A DNA stretch of 64,000 nt, taken from Oopsacas minuta. Its lineage: Eukaryota > Animalia > Porifera. The translations under genes were made by a program, and so were the position numbers. Location: positions 124,001-188,000 of the forward strand of contig JAKMXF010000033.1 in assembly GCA_024704765.1 (NCBI GenBank), in the 5' to 3' direction. Positions 62,393 to 64,000 of the stretch are shown here, one piece after another. Every line of letters begins with the position of its first letter. The stretch's first letter is position 1. The notes under the pieces were generated by a model. It was given only the letters and a program-made list of their open reading frames with translations, made no database searches and was not told where the DNA came from.

Positions 62393-64000
62393 ATGGAGTT
62401 TTATACTACAAGGAAGCCCCCCACAAAACGGCGGAATATTCAACATCATCTAGTGGATGGTCTCCAAAAGGATGAAGCATATCCTTTGTCAATTAATATG
62501 TACAGAGACCCCCCTACTGAGGATATTATGTTGGAAGAGTTTAAAGAACTAGCGCTTAAGCGTAGAAATTGTTAGTTATCAATTCTGGAAATATTAAAAT
62601 ATTGTTTGCTATGTTTTATTAATATTACTTTTTTTGTAGTGCTGAAAGAGATAGAATACTTCAACAGTAAGTTTCAAAAATGGGGGGAAGATTGGAAAAT
62701 GAGAATGAGAGACATTTCTAAATCAAATAAACTACACGTAAGTATGTTTGTAAACAAATAACAAACAATAAATACGTTCTGAATATTGTTGATGTTATAG
62801 GTAGACAGGATAGATGAAGATAGTCAGAAGATAAGAAGGAGAGACTATATATCACATTTTCTACTCAGATTAGCTTATTCTCAAAGGTAACTCAGATAAC
62901 TCCAGTCTATGGGTCCTCTCACTTTACTTCTTAAAATTTTAGTGAGCATCTGAGGAGATGGATGGTTTTACATGAAACTGATTTATTCAGGTAAACTAAC
63001 CGCCTTTATAATCTCTAAATAACAACAGGCTTATTGTATTTAACGCGTAGATACAGATTTGAGAATGCTACAGAAGTGGAAAGATTCGAATTTATGTCGA
63101 AGGACCCAGATTTAAAGTCTTACTCTCAAGTTAGTAATAATAGAATAGAGTGTCGGTTAATTGGGTCACTTTGTCCCGAGGGCATTTTGGCGACACAATA
63201 AGCAGGGACGGATGAATTATTAATTACAGACATATTTTAGATAGAAGATTCAGAATTTCAGTTAGTTGAAGAATCTCTTTTAGAGAGTTATATTAAATTC
63301 CTTAGGGACAAAATCAATAAGGAAAATGTAAAGTTTTACAAAGTAAGTTATTTGTACGGAAATATATTTATGAGCTAAGCCAGGGCCCGTAGAGATCTGT
63401 GCTGTGTGTATTCTGTTTAGATACCATTCACTCTAGTACCGAATCTAGTGTCTAACAGATCTATTTTTATACAAAACGTGAGTTGGATTTGTATTGGAAA
63501 TATGTCCCACTGTATTTGGAATTCTTGTACTTGTGTAGGGTTACGCTTATTTGCCTTCCTGGGATCTACAGACAATAGTCACAAGTGTATTCCGAGCTAA
63601 ACTCTCTCTAGCATTAACAGTAGGTTAATATTATCTAAAAAATTATTGCTATATGAAACGTGTTACGTTGCTATATTTAGAATACTAGTAGGAAATTAGA
63701 AAGAGCAAGAGATGATGAGAGAATATGGAAATTCTTAACTCAATTAGAGTGAGTTCTATAATGAGACTAAACAGAGGTCTGGGAACTTGTACTTCTCATG
63801 AGGTTATCTTACATCTCTTTATAGTACGTATTATGAGGGACCTGAATACAGAGGAACTTCTAAAAAAAATAATGAGAAGATTAGTGTTGGAGATATTGAA
63901 GATGTGAGTATAGTTACGAATATGTTACAAAGGAATTCATGGTTTCATATAAGGAGAGAGGAGATAAATCACCCCATGTAGCCCTTGCTAGTATGTTTAT
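62393..64000 (+). CDS. PRIM2: DNA primase large subunit, truncated by the window end
   Basis: YRDPPTEDIMLEEFKELALKR, RREDYISHFLLRLAYSQ..LRRW..HETDLFRYRF, FYKIPF, GYAYL. Confidence 0.9.

Overview
Gene-dense eukaryotic (animal) DNA with short GT-AG introns, many AAAC/CAA microsatellites and intronic MITEs. The style (tiny introns, intronless TRAF-like and NHL genes) suggests a compact-genome basal metazoan such as a glass sponge; this is inference only. About 26 protein-coding loci were reconstructed by manual splicing: POLR3H, a coiled-coil gene, a divergent kinesin light chain, a NADAR protein, MPC1, a dead Src-family paralog beside an intact Src42A/Frk-like kinase, an ependymin-like GPI protein, kinase-only ULK4, MAK/ICK with a nested C2H2 gene, ATF6-like, HADHB, TAF1C-like, an NHL protein, two TRAF-like genes, CDK1, an Ig-like receptor, a frameshifted multipass protein, RCC1, TFIIS with nested SNRNP48, syntenin, RAE1, AGBL5, BCL10-like, EPT1/SELENOI with nested LANCL and TRAF-like genes, and partial PRIM2. 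The main finding is that TFIIS appears to need an AT-AC (U12-type) intron, and that this intron contains, antisense, the whole gene for the U11/U12-48K minor-spliceosome protein. Other highlights are a 4-nt MPC1 microexon, a Src paralog degenerate in all three domains, a BCL10-like CARD gene and four nested genes. All product calls rest on motif and family recognition without database searches. Multi-exon spans run from inferred start to inferred stop.
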